From Eledone cirrhosa (taxonomy: Eukaryota), in contig OZ024740.1 in NCBI GenBank assembly GCA_964016885.1, positions 176,638,001 through 176,702,000 of the forward strand: a DNA stretch of 64,000 nucleotides, given 5' to 3'. Of the stretch, positions 11,261 to 25,575 are shown in pieces (within the stretch, counting starts at the first letter, position 1; the number at the start of each line of letters is the position of its first letter). Made by a program: the position numbers and the translations under genes. The notes beneath the pieces were generated by a model. It did no database searches. It was not told the DNA's origin and saw only the letters and a program-made list of their open reading frames with translations.

Positions 11261-11370
11261 TAATAATTGTTTCTACTTTCAGCACAAGGCCAGCACATCA
11301 CCAGTGCATTACTGGTACTTTATTTTATCAACCCCGTAAGGATGAAAGGCAAAGTTAACCTCGGCGGGAT
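11261..11370 (-). mobile_element. tRNA-derived SINE (family S1), partial
   Basis: Core tttgcctttcatccttacgggg.gataaaataaagtaccag shared with the other copies. Confidence 0.85.
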
Positions 11371-11576
11371 GATAGTGGTTGTGGTGGTGCTGGTAAAGGT
11401 TGTATTGTTGGTGTTTGTTGTTGGTGGTGATGTCGATGTTAGTAGTAGTGGTGTTATTGGTGGTAATAACGGGGCTGATGGTAGTTGTAATAGAAATGCT
11501 GGTGTAAGTGGTGTCGCTGGTCATAGGGATGGTACTGATAGTGATGATGGGGGAGTTGGTGGAGTTTGAGATTAGA

Positions 11577-11747
11577 AAATAATTCTTTCTACTTTAGGCA
11601 CAAGGCCAGCAATTTCCCAGTACATTACTGGTACTTTATTTTATCGACCCCGTAAGGATGAAAGGCAAAGTTAACCTCGTCGGGATTTGAACTCAGAATG
11701 GAAAGGGCCGTAACTCTATGCGTCAAAGCATGGCGTCCGACCCTCTA
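11577..11747 (-). mobile_element. tRNA-derived SINE S1
   Basis: B box GAGTTCAAATCC on the minus strand, core and 3' end ggccttgtgcc..aagtagaaa. Confidence 0.9.
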
Positions 11748-11848
11748 ATGAGTGGTAATAGCTGCGGGGGTTAATGTGGTTGTAGCTATAGGAGTATTAC
11801 CATTTTTGTTATAGCTACTGCTTCGTGGATTTCTATATTGTGTATATG

Positions 11849-11883
<35 letters not shown>

Positions 11884-11898
11884 GTAATACATATATAT

Positions 11899-12018
<120 letters not shown>

Positions 12019-12123
12019 GGTATATATGTATATCTATATCTATCTATATATATATGTGTATGAATACATGTATACTTGTATGCTTGTATACCTACGCACA
12101 CGCACAAAAAAACACACACACAC

Positions 12124-12225
<102 letters not shown>

Positions 12226-12619
12226 TATTAGTAGTAATTTTGAATATAGTAGTATTATTGTGAATGTTAATCATAACGGTGATGATGAGATGATGATGAC
12301 GTGACAGTAGTAACATCTGCATCGGTGCACTGGATTGCATTGGTTGCAGCGGGAATTAATTACTATAGTGGTGGTACTGACAGTGTTGGTCTCAATAGTG
12401 GTGGAATTGTTGGAATTTAGAAGGCATTCTGTTGGCAGTTTGGCTTTGGTATTAATTATGGTAGTGGTATTGTTGTGATGGTAGAAGTAGCATTCTTAAT
12501 GTTAGCATTCATCTTAGAATTCAGATTTAGTTAGTTAGATCAACCCACATTGAAGATTATATGTAAATTCCTTTTTATGGTTCTTCATCGAGATAAAAGC
12601 CCTACGGTTGCGGATGAAT

Positions 12620-12623
12620 GATG

Positions 12624-12692
<69 letters not shown>

Positions 12693-12825
12693 ATGCTGGT
12701 GATGCTGGTGGTGGTAGTAGTAGGAAAAGTAGTAGTAGTAGTAGTAGTGGTGGTGATGGTGGTGGTGGTGGTGGTGGTGGTGGTGGTGGTAGTAGTAATA
12801 GTAGTAGTAGTAGTAGTAGTAGTAA

Positions 12826-12870
<45 letters not shown>

Positions 12871-12947
12871 AAGAAGAAGAAGTAGTAGTAGTAGTAGTAG
12901 TAGTAGTTGTAGTAGTAGTAGCAGTAGTAGTTATAGTGGTGGTGGTG
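12620..12947. repeat. (TAG/TGG)n microsatellite
   Basis: Direct reading. Confidence 0.95.
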
Positions 12948-12996
12948 ACATGAATATGAGTATAATACCTGAATTCCAAGATTCAATAGCAACCAC

Positions 12997-13179
12997 AATA
13001 ATTATTTCTACTTTTGGCACAAGGCAAGCAATTAATCCAGTGCATTACTGGTACTTTATTTTATCGACCCCGTAAGGATGAAAGGCAAAGTCAACCTCGG
13101 CGGGATTTGAACTCAGAATGGCAAGGGCTGTAACTCTATGCGTCAAAGCATGGCATCCGACCCTCTACCGATACTGCCA
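12997..13179 (-). mobile_element. tRNA-derived SINE S1, full length
   Basis: A box TGGCAGTATCGG, B box GAGTTCAAATCC, core, short (TTA)-type tail. Confidence 0.9.
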
Positions 13180-14061
13180 CAATAATGGCTTCTAATTTAC
13201 ACAGATGACCAGCAATTCCAGTGTACGCTTTTTTTTTTTTAACAACCCTAGAACGTTGCTTAGAATACTTTGCGCTATTCGATTCAGTCCCCTGAGTTCA
13301 AATCACACCGAGTTCAAAGTACTAATCAAGTTCTGGGGTCGATTCTTCCTCGATATCTCACTTCCATTCCTTAACTGGAAAGACCTGGAGAGGAAATAGG
13401 CTCCGCCAGGTTTAAAAACAAATTGCCTAGAAAAGTTGTATGTCATTATGGCTCCCGTAGGAATTACGGGACCTTGCATTTCATTTAGCATCATCACACG
13501 AAATAATCCTTATATTCAACTCACAGTTACTGAATTCAGTATATCCAAGATTGATAAAGGCAGAGAATTGGCAAAGCATTTATGGGCGGCGAAATATATG
13601 TCTTGGTAAATGTTCTGGCCCTCAGCTCTCTGAGTTCAAATCCCGCCGGGGTCAAAGTTCTCTTTCATCATTTCCAGGTTGATAAAGAAATTTCAAATGC
13701 AGTACTGGATTCGATCTTTCCTCTATATAATTTCTTTTAGATATATTTTGTTCTCTGGAAGAAATCGACTGTATTCACACCTGGAGGGGAATGGGCTACG
13801 CCAGGTTTAACATGCAAAAGACGCAGTGCGCCAGGACGATGCACCCACAACACTATCGGAGAGCCTTTTTTTTCCATTACGACTGGAAGGGGTAAAAATC
13901 ACTTGAGACAGAAAACTCACAGACAAACACAAGTATACGCACATATACGTTATGATAAACACTGAACAAACTAAAGACTAAAACGGATAAAATGTAAGCC
14001 TTATCCATTGGGTATATGTAAATGTATGTGTACGTGTAGAAAGATATATATATACATACAT

Positions 14062-14098
<37 letters not shown>

Positions 14099-14265
14099 CA
14101 ATAAAAAGAAATACACACAGATACATGCGAATACATACATATACATGCATATACACAGATATATCCCTGACTTTGTATGGTGCCAACCTTAACCGTTGTT
14201 GCTCTATGATTAATAGGGACAAAATAACCTGAATGAATTAGATTGACTCTATATCAGAGCTATAT

Positions 14266-14377
14266 AATACATTATAAAGAAAGAAGAAACATTAGACATA
14301 AATAAAAAAATATAAATACCCAATGGGTATTTATATTTTTTTTATTTATGTCTAATGTTTCTTCTTTTTTTATAATG

Positions 14378-14381
<4 letters not shown>
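14266..14381. repeat. Near-perfect ~57-bp-arm palindrome abutting (TA)n
   Basis: Arms 14266-14322 and 14324-14381, centre 14323. Confidence 0.9.
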
Positions 14382-14427
<46 letters not shown>

Positions 14428-14689
14428 ATTTATGTTGTATGACTTACCAACGGATAGATGTGGTCATTCCAGTTAGCAAACCATAATATAATAAATTAAA
14501 GCATTTGATGTTATGCAAATCATCCATCGTAGATTTGGTGTCCGTGGCTGGTGAGGGATCGGACTGGAAATTTTTTTCTTTTAAAGTTTTAATGCTGCAA
14601 AAATACTCTACGTATTTCAATGGCCTGGTTACATCATCCGATCATATGTATATATATCGTCTGAGTACATCAAGAACCTGGGCGGCATA

Positions 14690-14830
14690 CCTCGACGGCC
14701 CAGCCAACATCTTAGAAATTGAACATCATTCCACTCACAGAGAATGCGTGCAATGTGAGGAGGAGACGCATCTTGCATGAATACAAGGTTATTGATGTTG
14801 CTCCAAGTGGTTTTCAACACAATCCCTGGA
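14690..14830 (-). mobile_element. Tc1/mariner transposase fragment
   Basis: FMQDASPPHIARILCEWNDVQFLRCWLGRRG matches the QDGAPPH...WLGRRG catalytic region. Confidence 0.75.
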
Positions 14831-14944
14831 AATAAACAAATCAATTATTGATAAGAAGAATTGAAATTAATGTATTCAATATTTCACCGCTCTAACATCA
14901 CTCCTTCATAGACAGCCTATGAACTTTTATATATATATATATTG

Positions 14945-15063
14945 TGAAGGCGCGTGGCTGAGTGGTTAGAGAATTAGATTCGCAATCATGAGGTTGTGAG
15001 TTCGGTTCCCGGACCGGGAAAGGCGTTATGTCCTTGGGCAAGACACTTTATTTCACATTGCTA
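14945..15063 (+). mobile_element. Second tRNA-derived SINE family (S2), partial
   Basis: TGGCTGAGTGG A box, GAGTTCGGTTCC B box, gtccttgggcaagacacttt core. Confidence 0.8.
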
Positions 15064-15218
15064 CTTCTACCTGGAGTTGCGACCGATAGAGAGTATTAGC
15101 AATTAGAAAGACCTATGGAAACATTGTTTCCTCGGTCCGATTTGAGGAAAGTCAATCGACTGTCGATATATATATATATATATTCTTACTTACATATATA
15201 TATATATATATATATATA

Positions 15219-15309
15219 GTAATAATAATAAATTTGAAGGCTAAAATCCAAAGAGGGCTCGAAAAAGCAGCGATTCTTTGCCTAAACTTTAATCTGTTAT
15301 TTTAATAAG
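15219..15309. mobile_element. Family E short copy in (TA)n
   Basis: Same two termini as 18854-18985 and 37923-39059. Confidence 0.75.
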
Positions 15310-15325
15310 TATATATATATATATA

Positions 15326-16125
15326 TTGTTATACTTTGGAAGGGTCATGTTGCCAATAAGAAACACACGCACCAGATGGTTTCACTCCAATTTATTATAA
15401 ATTATATTTATAAATTTAAGACTTTATAAATTTCCGGATGGTTGGTTGGTTCCACAAGAATCATCGATACTCCACCAACATGCTAAAATAGAACATGAGG
15501 GCAAATTAGAGAACATAGAAATAAAAATAGAATCTACACACAGAAAAGACGCAATGTTTAGAAAAATCACAGAGTCAATAAACATAAATGAACTCCAACC
15601 AAAATAAAATAGAAAGCATGTATGGAATAGCAACATCACAACTTACAATTAAGGACAAAATGAAAACACACACACACATAGAACAAACAACCAACCAGTA
15701 ACATGTAAATAAACAAATAAATAAACAAATACCCCCCCCCCCCCCCCCCACACACACACACAGACACCCTGATGTAACACATGCGCAAACTAAGCACACA
15801 ACACACACAAAAACAAGATGGCGTAGGACAGAACAAAGGAGAGGCACAAAACAAAGAAAAAAATCCCCAGTCACTGAAGAGGTCACAGAATGTGTGACGA
15901 AAGAACTTTGACAATATATGAACAACCGTCTGGTTGTGGAACCAACCAACCAACCGGAAATTTATAAATTGTTAAATTTATAAATTTAATTTATAATAAA
16001 TTGGAGTGAAAGCAACTGGTGCGTGTGTTTCTTATTGGAAACATGACCCTCCCAAAGTATAACAATATCGGTTTCAACACACGTTTTCAGAGAAAGAATC
16101 TTGCTAAACAAATTCAGAAACGAAA
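15326..16125 (+). mobile_element. Family D element in (TA)n: inverted 5' piece, body with hammerhead, 57-nt tail
   Basis: 15326-15457 is an inverted copy of 15934-16068; tail 16069-16125; same termini at 37751-37911. Confidence 0.85.
15870..15912 (+). ncRNA. Minimal type I hammerhead with an extra nucleotide after A9
   Basis: GTCA-CTGAAGA-g-GTCACA gaatg TGTGAC-GAAAG-AA-CTT|TGAC. Confidence 0.7.
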
Positions 16126-16139
16126 TATATATATATATT

Positions 16140-16622
16140 AAGCCTACCCGCTATAAGCAACTAATCACATCCTTTCTAACTTGACCGCTGCCACGTCACG
16201 ATTCTTAGCCATTTTTGAATGTATTTTTGGCGCGATCACTTTGGAAAATTAAATGTCTAATTTTGAGTTCGCTCCTGATGATTCCGAAACTCTAGACATT
16301 CCGTTATCGGATGTCTTAAAATACGGATGAAACCATGGTAGAGGTAATTTGGTATGTACACAATTCTTCTAAGTTCAATTTTTACACCTTATTGTGTTTG
16401 GTTGATTGTATATCTGGTCGATTTTTACATGCTGTAGAAATGTTAGATAAATAATCTATCGTTGCCGCCGCGAAGGGGCTGCTTTCGGTTATTTGTCGGA
16501 GATTTCTTCATAGAAGCCTTTATTCTTATAGCTTTGTCTAATTGATTTTTATGTGGTTAATTATGCTAATTGGGAGAGGAAATGGTATATATTATATCTA
16601 GTGATTCTAAAGACATATTTTA

Positions 16623-16626
<4 letters not shown>
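16140..16626 (+). mobile_element. Family J fragment in (TA)n
   Basis: Ends gattctaaagacatattttatgat|ATAT; contains CTGATGA-TTCC-GAAAC at 16275-16290. Confidence 0.65.
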
Positions 16627-16700
<74 letters not shown>

Positions 16701-16704
<4 letters not shown>

Positions 16705-17138
16705 TAAAATGTGTCTATAGAATCAATCAGATATTAAAATATATACTATTTCTTCCTCTAATCAGCATAATTAACCATATACATAATCAAATCCAGCAAG
16801 CTTTAAGAGTAAATTTTCTAACTGGGAAATCTCCGACAAATAATTGATCGCAGCCAGTTCGCGTTAACTCTGTTCCATTATTTATCAAACACTTCGGCAG
16901 CATGCAGAATCCGATCAAACATATCGTCAACCGCACGTAATTAGTAGTAAAATTAAACTTAGAAGAAATGCGCACATACCGTAATTATATCTGATTGATT
17001 CTATAGACACATTTTATGATATAATGCTCTGATTTTTTGATTTTAACTTATTAATTCTTCATTGAGCTTAAAAGTGAACAGTTGCAACACATATATGTAT
17101 CATTGATTTAATTTAATTTAATTTTATGTATGTGATAA

Positions 17139-17140
<2 letters not shown>
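16701..17140 (+). mobile_element. Family J element: long inverted 5' piece, short sense piece, ~118-nt tail
   Basis: 16699-16734 is an inverted copy of 16988-17022; (TA)n on both sides. Confidence 0.75.
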
Positions 17141-17179
<39 letters not shown>

Positions 17180-18425
17180 TATACACGTGGGTAAGTGTGT
17201 TAAAGTTTTCTATGTGCGTATGGCCACGTATATATATTACTGAGTGGGCGAAGTTGTATTCAAAACTGCAATATGCAAATATAAAATCTGACGATTGATG
17301 TCTAAATCCCTCCTAAGACATCAAAAACTACAACACCAACAATCATGTTGGCACTTACTCAAACTCAAACGTCGCCAAGTGAAACGTGTACACATGAAGT
17401 CAGTTTCATTCATAAAAGTGCATCATTTAAATGTTACGAAAACGCAGTTTAATAGCTATATTGTACAAAAAATAAATATATTCTCCGGCGAGGACAGAGA
17501 ACGCTGATCTACCTTTCTCTCAAAAAAGAAGGTTTCGTGGATGAACAGAAAGTACATTTTTCTGACTCGAACTGTCCTGTGGTAACTTATTTTCATGCTA
17601 TATCCTATTATACATGAGCTAATTAAAATGTATTTTAATAATAATTTTACTCATATTTCATGTTTATTCCACCAGTTTATAAATCCTGGTCCCTAGTCTC
17701 GTTTTTGTAGAACTTTGTTTATCCAGCCCCTCATGTACTGGAGCCTCTGTTGGTTTATGTGCGCACTTTTGTAGCCAATAATAAAATCATTGGACATTGG
17801 ACAATAATAATAAAATCATTATTGTCCAATGTCCTTGTGGCGAAAAAAGGAAATTATCATCATATTATTGTTATTATTGTTGTTGTTGTTGTTATTGTTA
17901 TTATTATTATCATCACCATCATCGTCATTGTCATCATGATCATCATCCTCATCGTCGTCATCACAACCATCATCCATATCATAATCATTTATCAATATCA
18001 TCATTTTTTACATCGTCGTCGTCGTCACCACCGTGTTGCTAATCATCTGACACCATTCCATTAAATATTTATGTGCACGCGAGGAAGCACAACAGTAAAA
18101 AATAAATTATATAAAAATAAAATAAACGCCTTCTCTCATATAGAAAAAAAAAAGAAAGAAGAAATACAAAATACGGAAGACTGAGTCTTAGCTTGCGAAG
18201 GAAGTTCAGCCTGGAGGATCGCTGCCCAAACATTAGACAACGGGAACACCTGCATATATATATGCATTGTACACACACACACACACATACATACACAGAC
18301 GCACACACACACAGATACACACTCGCACACACACATACATAGATACATAGATAGATAGATACATACATACATACATACATACTACATACACAAACACAAA
18401 TACAAATATATACATGACGTGTATT

Positions 18426-18466
<41 letters not shown>

Positions 18467-18561
18467 CTTTAACTGTGCGTGTGTGTGCATCTATCTATAT
18501 ATATTGCTAAATGTACATGTATATATACATACACACATATATATGTCTCTCTCTCTCTCTT

Positions 18562-18593
<32 letters not shown>

Positions 18594-18690
18594 CATATAT
18601 ATGTGTGTATGTATATATACATGTACATTTAGAAATATATATAGATATACATACATATATATATATATATATGTAATAAAATGGGGAGAA

Positions 18691-19019
<329 letters not shown>

Positions 19020-19067
19020 TACATATATTTATATATATACACACATATATATATATATATGTGTGTA

Positions 19068-19103
<36 letters not shown>

Positions 19104-19108
<5 letters not shown>

Positions 19109-19250
19109 GGAAAAAATGAAACGAAATTTCATTTCCCACTCTTAGTACGCCTGTTACTTAAATATAAGTATGTACACGTACATACATATATGTATACAGA
19201 CGTACAGTAGTATGTATATATATATATACATGCACACATATATATACATA
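19104..19250 (-). mobile_element. Solo 3' fragment of the ~429-bp retrozyme-like unit
   Basis: Reverse complement of ~7950-8094, with the same 3' junction (ttcattttttccgttt|ATAT). Confidence 0.85.
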
Positions 19251-19807
19251 TTGCCAGCATGACCCTCTCAAAGTATAACAATACATATATAATTAAAACA
19301 GAAAGCCGGACTTGAATTATCCCTTTTAAATTTTCATGTAGCCAAATCACTATGTATTTCAATAGCCTAGTTGCGTAAGACCCTGGTGACGTCATCAGGT
19401 TCGGATTGCATAATTAGTTAATCAATAAAAGAAATTACGGCAAATACAAACAGAGAATAGGGAATATATTTGATTTGGAGATGGCCCACAAATTCGGTGT
19501 TATTGTTGTGGCAGACTATCTTCATATATTAAATATTGTATATACTCTACGAAGTATTGAGTACGTTACTTACTGTGGTTACCTCCGATTGAACCAGGGA
19601 TACACATATATTTTAGCACCTTACCGTGCCCTCTTAACCATCATCAAGAAACTATGCTGACCAAACATCAAGAATGTCAATGATCTCCACCCATCCTAAT
19701 CACCACCAGAAAACGTATAAATACTACCATATCACAATGATAGTTGGCTTTCCTAATGATTTCCTTTGAATGAAACAGTTCCAGTCCTGTAGAAGCTATT
19801 CCTATAT

Positions 19808-19847
<40 letters not shown>

Positions 19848-19850
<3 letters not shown>

Positions 19851-20481
19851 TGAATCTTCGCTTATCCGGACGGTCAAAACCAAACAGTTAGAAAAAGATC
19901 CGGTTAAGTGAAATATCCGGATAAGTGAATTCTAAAATCCCATTGTTACATAATGCTCGTGGTTTCGAATGTTTTGGCTTCTTTTAGTCAAAATAAGAGA
20001 CAAATGCTAAGTAAAGAAAGTTTATTAGAATAACAAAAGAACAGCTAGAATTTATAAGAAAATTAATTAAACAAACATAAGAATAACTAAAAACTTGGTA
20101 AAACTGAATTGAGTCAAACCATAAAAAGTTAGTACTTTTTAAAAAATGAATAAATAGAAGATTGTTTTCACGCCGAAGCTCATCGTTCCGCTACCATATC
20201 CACGCAACAGCTGAATGGTCAACCACCTCCCTCATGTTTATTGCACGTAAAAATGGAATCATTCCCGTGTCCCTTTTTCCGATCAAATCCCGCAGCAATT
20301 GTAAATCCGCTTTAGTGTCTCCAAAACTCCCTGGTCCATTGGCTGAATAAGTGACGTAACGTTCGCAGGAAGAAATGTTGCCCGAATCTGTCCGTCTGCC
20401 GAAATCAAGTCCTCCTCATCCGGAGGTAGTATAGAAAAATCCGTCCGGTAAATCGAATTCCGGATAAGCGAAGATGCACTG
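19848..20481 (-). mobile_element. pogo/Tigger-like DNA transposon deletion derivative
   Basis: 23-bp TIRs CAGTG(A/C)ATCTTCGCTTATCCGGA, TA flanks, internal [28 protein letters not shown]-family motif. Confidence 0.9.
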
Positions 20482-20504
20482 TATATATATATATAAATAT
20501 ATAA

Positions 20505-20544
<40 letters not shown>

Positions 20545-20821
20545 TAGGTAGTACGGTGAAATACTGGTGTTGGTACCAATTCAAGCAGTCTATGCACAGG
20601 CAGAGTGTATATGATAGAAAAAACGAGGAAGTTTCGTTTACGTATGGAAAATATTTATGAACCAAAATATATCTTTTGTTGTCTGAGGAACAGATCGATA
20701 CTGGAGTCGAGTCCATAATTCCTATGGGTCACCTTGAGCCAATCCTCTGCGAAACGCGCCTAACAGGTCGATACGCAATAAATATTTTTAATATGTAAAC
20801 GAAACTTCCTCATTTTTTTTC

Positions 20822-20959
<138 letters not shown>

Positions 20960-21012
20960 AGATAAAGAGGTATAAGTCAACATTTTATAATTTACTTCTT
21001 TCATTGCCGTTA

Positions 21013-21274
21013 TATATATTTCGGTGATAGCCACAATTCAACAGCTATGACCTCTTCAGACACTTAGAAGCAACACATAGAAAACATTAAAAAAAACATA
21101 AAGTTTTTTGGGAGAAAAAATATCAGAGAAAAGTAAAGTTTTAAACGGTTATTTTTACTTTACCTTTCTCTGGTATTATTTTTTCTCCAATAAAAACTGT
21201 TTTTTTAATGTTTTCTACGTGTTGCTTCTAAAGAGATCATAGCTGTTGAATTGTGACTATTACCGAAATATATA
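21013..21274. repeat. ~260-bp imperfect fold-back (MITE-like or inverted element) with TATA flanks
   Basis: tttcggtgatagccacaattcaacagctatga / tcatagctgttgaattgtgactattaccgaaa; pairing continues to ~21145. Confidence 0.85.
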
Positions 21275-22744
21275 CTAGACCTGAAAAATGCGCAAGCTCA
21301 AAAGAGCCACAGAATGTTATAATAAACCTTCAAAAGTGTGGGACTAGGGTTGTTGCTCAAAGATATTGTAACCATTATCTATCGTACACTCTGTGGCATC
21401 CTTTTATAAAAAAGAGATTCATAACGAACTCAAGACGACACGATAATTATTTAAGCTAATGTTCAATATCTCATATTAGATGTTTAGTAATGATTAATAC
21501 GAAATGCACTTAAACCGAATTCTATATTATAAATTCACTTAAATAATTATCGTGTTGTTGCTGGATAAAGTGTATTTATAAATCAGAGGAAAGCACGAAA
21601 AGTTAGTTTCCCTTCATCAGTTGTCTTCTGAAGATCATGAACATTTCTACGCATTAACGACATATATATATTTGTATTAGAAGGATTTATTAAACTGCAC
21701 TAACTGTTTTCAATATAGTAGATGATAAAATGGCACCTATCTAAGACCGAGAATGTTAAATGAAACAATAAGTATCTGAGACACGATTTTAACGATTTTA
21801 GCGAAAGCATTGTACTTAAGTCACCTCATAATTTCGTCTTGTATATCTTGGTAGAGGCGTTAGAACATCGGATAGAATGCTTTGCGGTATTCGTTCCATC
21901 CCCCCCAGTTCCAATCTCGCTGAAGCAAACTTTGTTTTTCAGCCATTCGAGATCGATAACAAAAGAACATGTCTAGAACATCGTGACTTTCTTTAAAGTT
22001 AATTCTTATGTATGCATGAATATGAACCCACATATGTAGGCCCCACATACTTGTATGTAGAAAATTCAATGCAAATGTGTCACAATCTTCACAGTAATGC
22101 ATCATTTTGCAAAACTGGTAAAATTACAATTATTTTCCTCCAAATAAATGTTTATGTAACTGCGCTTAGAAAAACGTAAATTCCCAGTATTTTTTATACA
22201 TGTGAAATTTAAAATTAAGATAAACATAATTTTTAATCTTACTCATCTCAAATTTCCCTCATCTCAAACTATTGTGTTCTGACATTTTATCTATGATATA
22301 ATATATTTCATTGTGTCTATGTATAGGCAAATCTATTTACTATACATTATTACTAGTATTTTACTGACCCAGAAATGATGAAATGCTGGCCAGAAACTGA
22401 CTGGATTTGAACTCAGAATGTAAAGATACGTACATCAATGTGCTGTACTAATTCTTAAATTCAACCACCCTAGAATAAGCGACATTTTCCTCCTTTTGTA
22501 AAAGATATAAAATATAGAAACCACAAAAGCAGCAGCAAAAGAATATAGAACTTTGATAGACTGCCATTCTGAAAAAAAGGAAAACAAATCTTTAAGGATT
22601 TTTTGTATGGGTTGTAGAATAATGGAAGATGTGTCAGTCGACGTTTCTTTATTTCTTCTCCTTAGACATTAGGCAGAGAGAGAATATGTGAGAAGTAGAG
22701 AGATAGATAGAGAGAGAGAGAGGGAGATAGATAGATAGATAGAT

Positions 22745-22859
<115 letters not shown>

Positions 22860-23302
22860 GAGAGAGAGAGAGAATCAGGTTGTATTTTGTAATTGCTTAT
22901 TCTTCCTTGGGTTTATTCTGCAGTTTGACTCCCACTTGCAGCTTCCGCTATCGGAAATAAGAAACTTCCTGTCAACTCTGCCCCTTTCGTTTCCTGTTTT
23001 CTTTTGTTTATAAATTGTTGTTTATAGCTTGTTGTTATTTATTATTGATGCTTCAATTTACCTTTGCTTTTATTTACTTTTATTGATCCCCACCTTTCCT
23101 AAACTGGGTGCAATTGGGAATATTGATTTTTAGAGGTATTCTTGCTGTTGGTGGTGATGGTATTAGTGTCGCAATTGATGTTCTTTATAATGATGTTGGT
23201 GGCAATGGTATTCATTTTGGTGGTTTTCCTGGTGCTGGAAGAGAGTATGGTGGGGCTATTGGTGGCGATATTGGCGTTGTTTTCCATGTTGGTGGTATTA
23301 AA

Positions 23303-23490
23303 AATAATTGTTTCTACTTTTGGCACAAGGTCAGCAAATACCCAGTGTATTACTGGTACTTTATTTTATCGATCCCGTAAAGATGAAAGACAAAGTTAAC
23401 ATTGGCGGGATTTGAACTCAGAATGGAAAGGGCTGTAACTCTTTGCGCCAAAGCATGGCGTCCGACCCTCTACCGATACTGCCAATCCAC
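23303..23490 (-). mobile_element. tRNA-derived SINE S1
   Basis: A and B boxes plus core. Confidence 0.9.
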
Positions 23491-24169
23491 AAAAATAATG
23501 ATGGCGGTGATGGTGTTGCTGGTATTCGAAGTCTTGCTAGGGCTATTAGTGTTGTTGTTGCGGTTGCTGTTAATCGTGTTGATGGTGTTAGACGTGGTAG
23601 TCGTGAGGTTGATCGTGGTTGTGGTATTCGAGGTGTCACTGTTTGTGGTTTGGGAAGTGTTGGTTGTGTTGTTGGTTGATGATGAAGGTAATATGCGGAT
23701 GCTGTTGTCGTTTAGCCCAAGGCCAGCCATGATCGAGCAGACATATGAATAAAGGCATTCTTATGGAAGATAGGCCCGCATCTGAGGTGCTTTTAATTAC
23801 GGAAAAGTGAGATTTGAGTGAACTATGGCTGCCATTTCTTGCAGTCTCCATTATGATCACAAACGTAATGCAAACTTTGATAACATTACATCTGCCTGAT
23901 AAGTATTGTTACGAAATTATAATAAAAGAGGGATGTAGGAAATGTAAATGCGTGTATATATATATATATATATATATATTCATTTCATTTTTTTCATTTC
24001 ATTTTACGTCCACTTTTTCCCTGCTTGCAAGGGTGGGACGGCAACTGATTCTGGCTTGATTTCTACAGCTGGATGCCCTTCCTAACACCCACCTCATTTA
24101 CAGTGAGTGCTGGGTGCTTTTTTGCCATGACACCTCCACAACCACTTTGCAGTGGAATGATATGGACCC

Positions 24170-24325
24170 CAGTACCTATCATCTCATTTCTACAGCTGAG
24201 TAAACTGGAGCAATGTGAAATAAAGTGTCTTGCTCAAGGAAACAACACATCACCCGGTCTGAGAATTGAACTCACAACATTTCGATTGCAAGGCCAATGC
24301 TCTAACCACTAAGCCATGTGCCTCC
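24170..24325 (-). mobile_element. SINE S2
   Basis: Reverse homolog of 14945-15063. Confidence 0.8.
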
Positions 24326-24348
24326 CTATATATGTATATATATATATA

Positions 24349-25090
24349 TTATTATACTTGGGGAGGGTCATATTTGTGTAATAATATTGCCAGAATTAAT
24401 AACAGAACACACTCACTGTTTGGTTGCTTTTCGCTTTTCGCTTCTGTGTCTTTTATATCGGTTAATTTAATTTATTCGGTCCTCAATGTTGCCATTGACT
24501 GACCAACGGTCAAAAATACAGATACAATATAGACACAAACACATATATATAGTCTATCAAAGTTCTTTTGTTGCACATCTGCAACATCATCAGTGTTGCT
24601 ATTATGTTTCCTCCCGTTGCATTGTATGCTTACGCCATCTTTATTTAGTCTGTTTATTTATTTATTTGTTTGTTTTTTTTTGTCTTATCTGCGCATGCGT
24701 TTGCGTGTGTGTATAGAGTTTTTTTTTATGTGTGTTCTTGTTTGGATGACTGTGTATTGGTTAATGTATTCTATGTTAGTTTACTAGTGTGTGTTTATAT
24801 GTGTTTGTTGTTATTGTGCTTGTGTATGTATTTATTTATTTATTTACTTATTTATTTATTTATTTATTCTTCTCTTAGGTCAGTATTGTTTGTTTGGGTG
24901 TTGTTGTTATTCCATTCATTTTTTAAGTTCTATTTCATTGGCCTCTCTGATTTGCCTATCTGCTGGGTCATTTCTATGTTTAGATATTATTCTAAATTCT
25001 ATGTTGTCTATGTTACCGTTGTATTGTTGTCTGGCAAGTATAACAATATTTGTTTTGACACACGATTTCATATCAAAAACCTCGCAAAAC
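24349..25090. mobile_element. Family D-related element: long inverted piece with degenerate hammerhead (24555-24598, minus), short sense piece and tail
   Basis: Starts ttattatacttggggagggtcat; ends aagtataacaatat plus tail; CTGATGA-t-GTTGCA..TGCAAC-AAAAGAACTT. Confidence 0.65.
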
Positions 25091-25112
25091 TATATATATA
25101 TATACATATATG

Positions 25113-25272
<160 letters not shown>

Positions 25273-25274
25273 CA

Positions 25275-25575
<301 letters not shown>

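Noticed and set aside
18140-18251. Possible minus-strand exon (gcag|GTGTTCCCGTTGTCTAA)
   Set aside because: No polypyrimidine tract, only (TA)n upstream; no recognisable protein.
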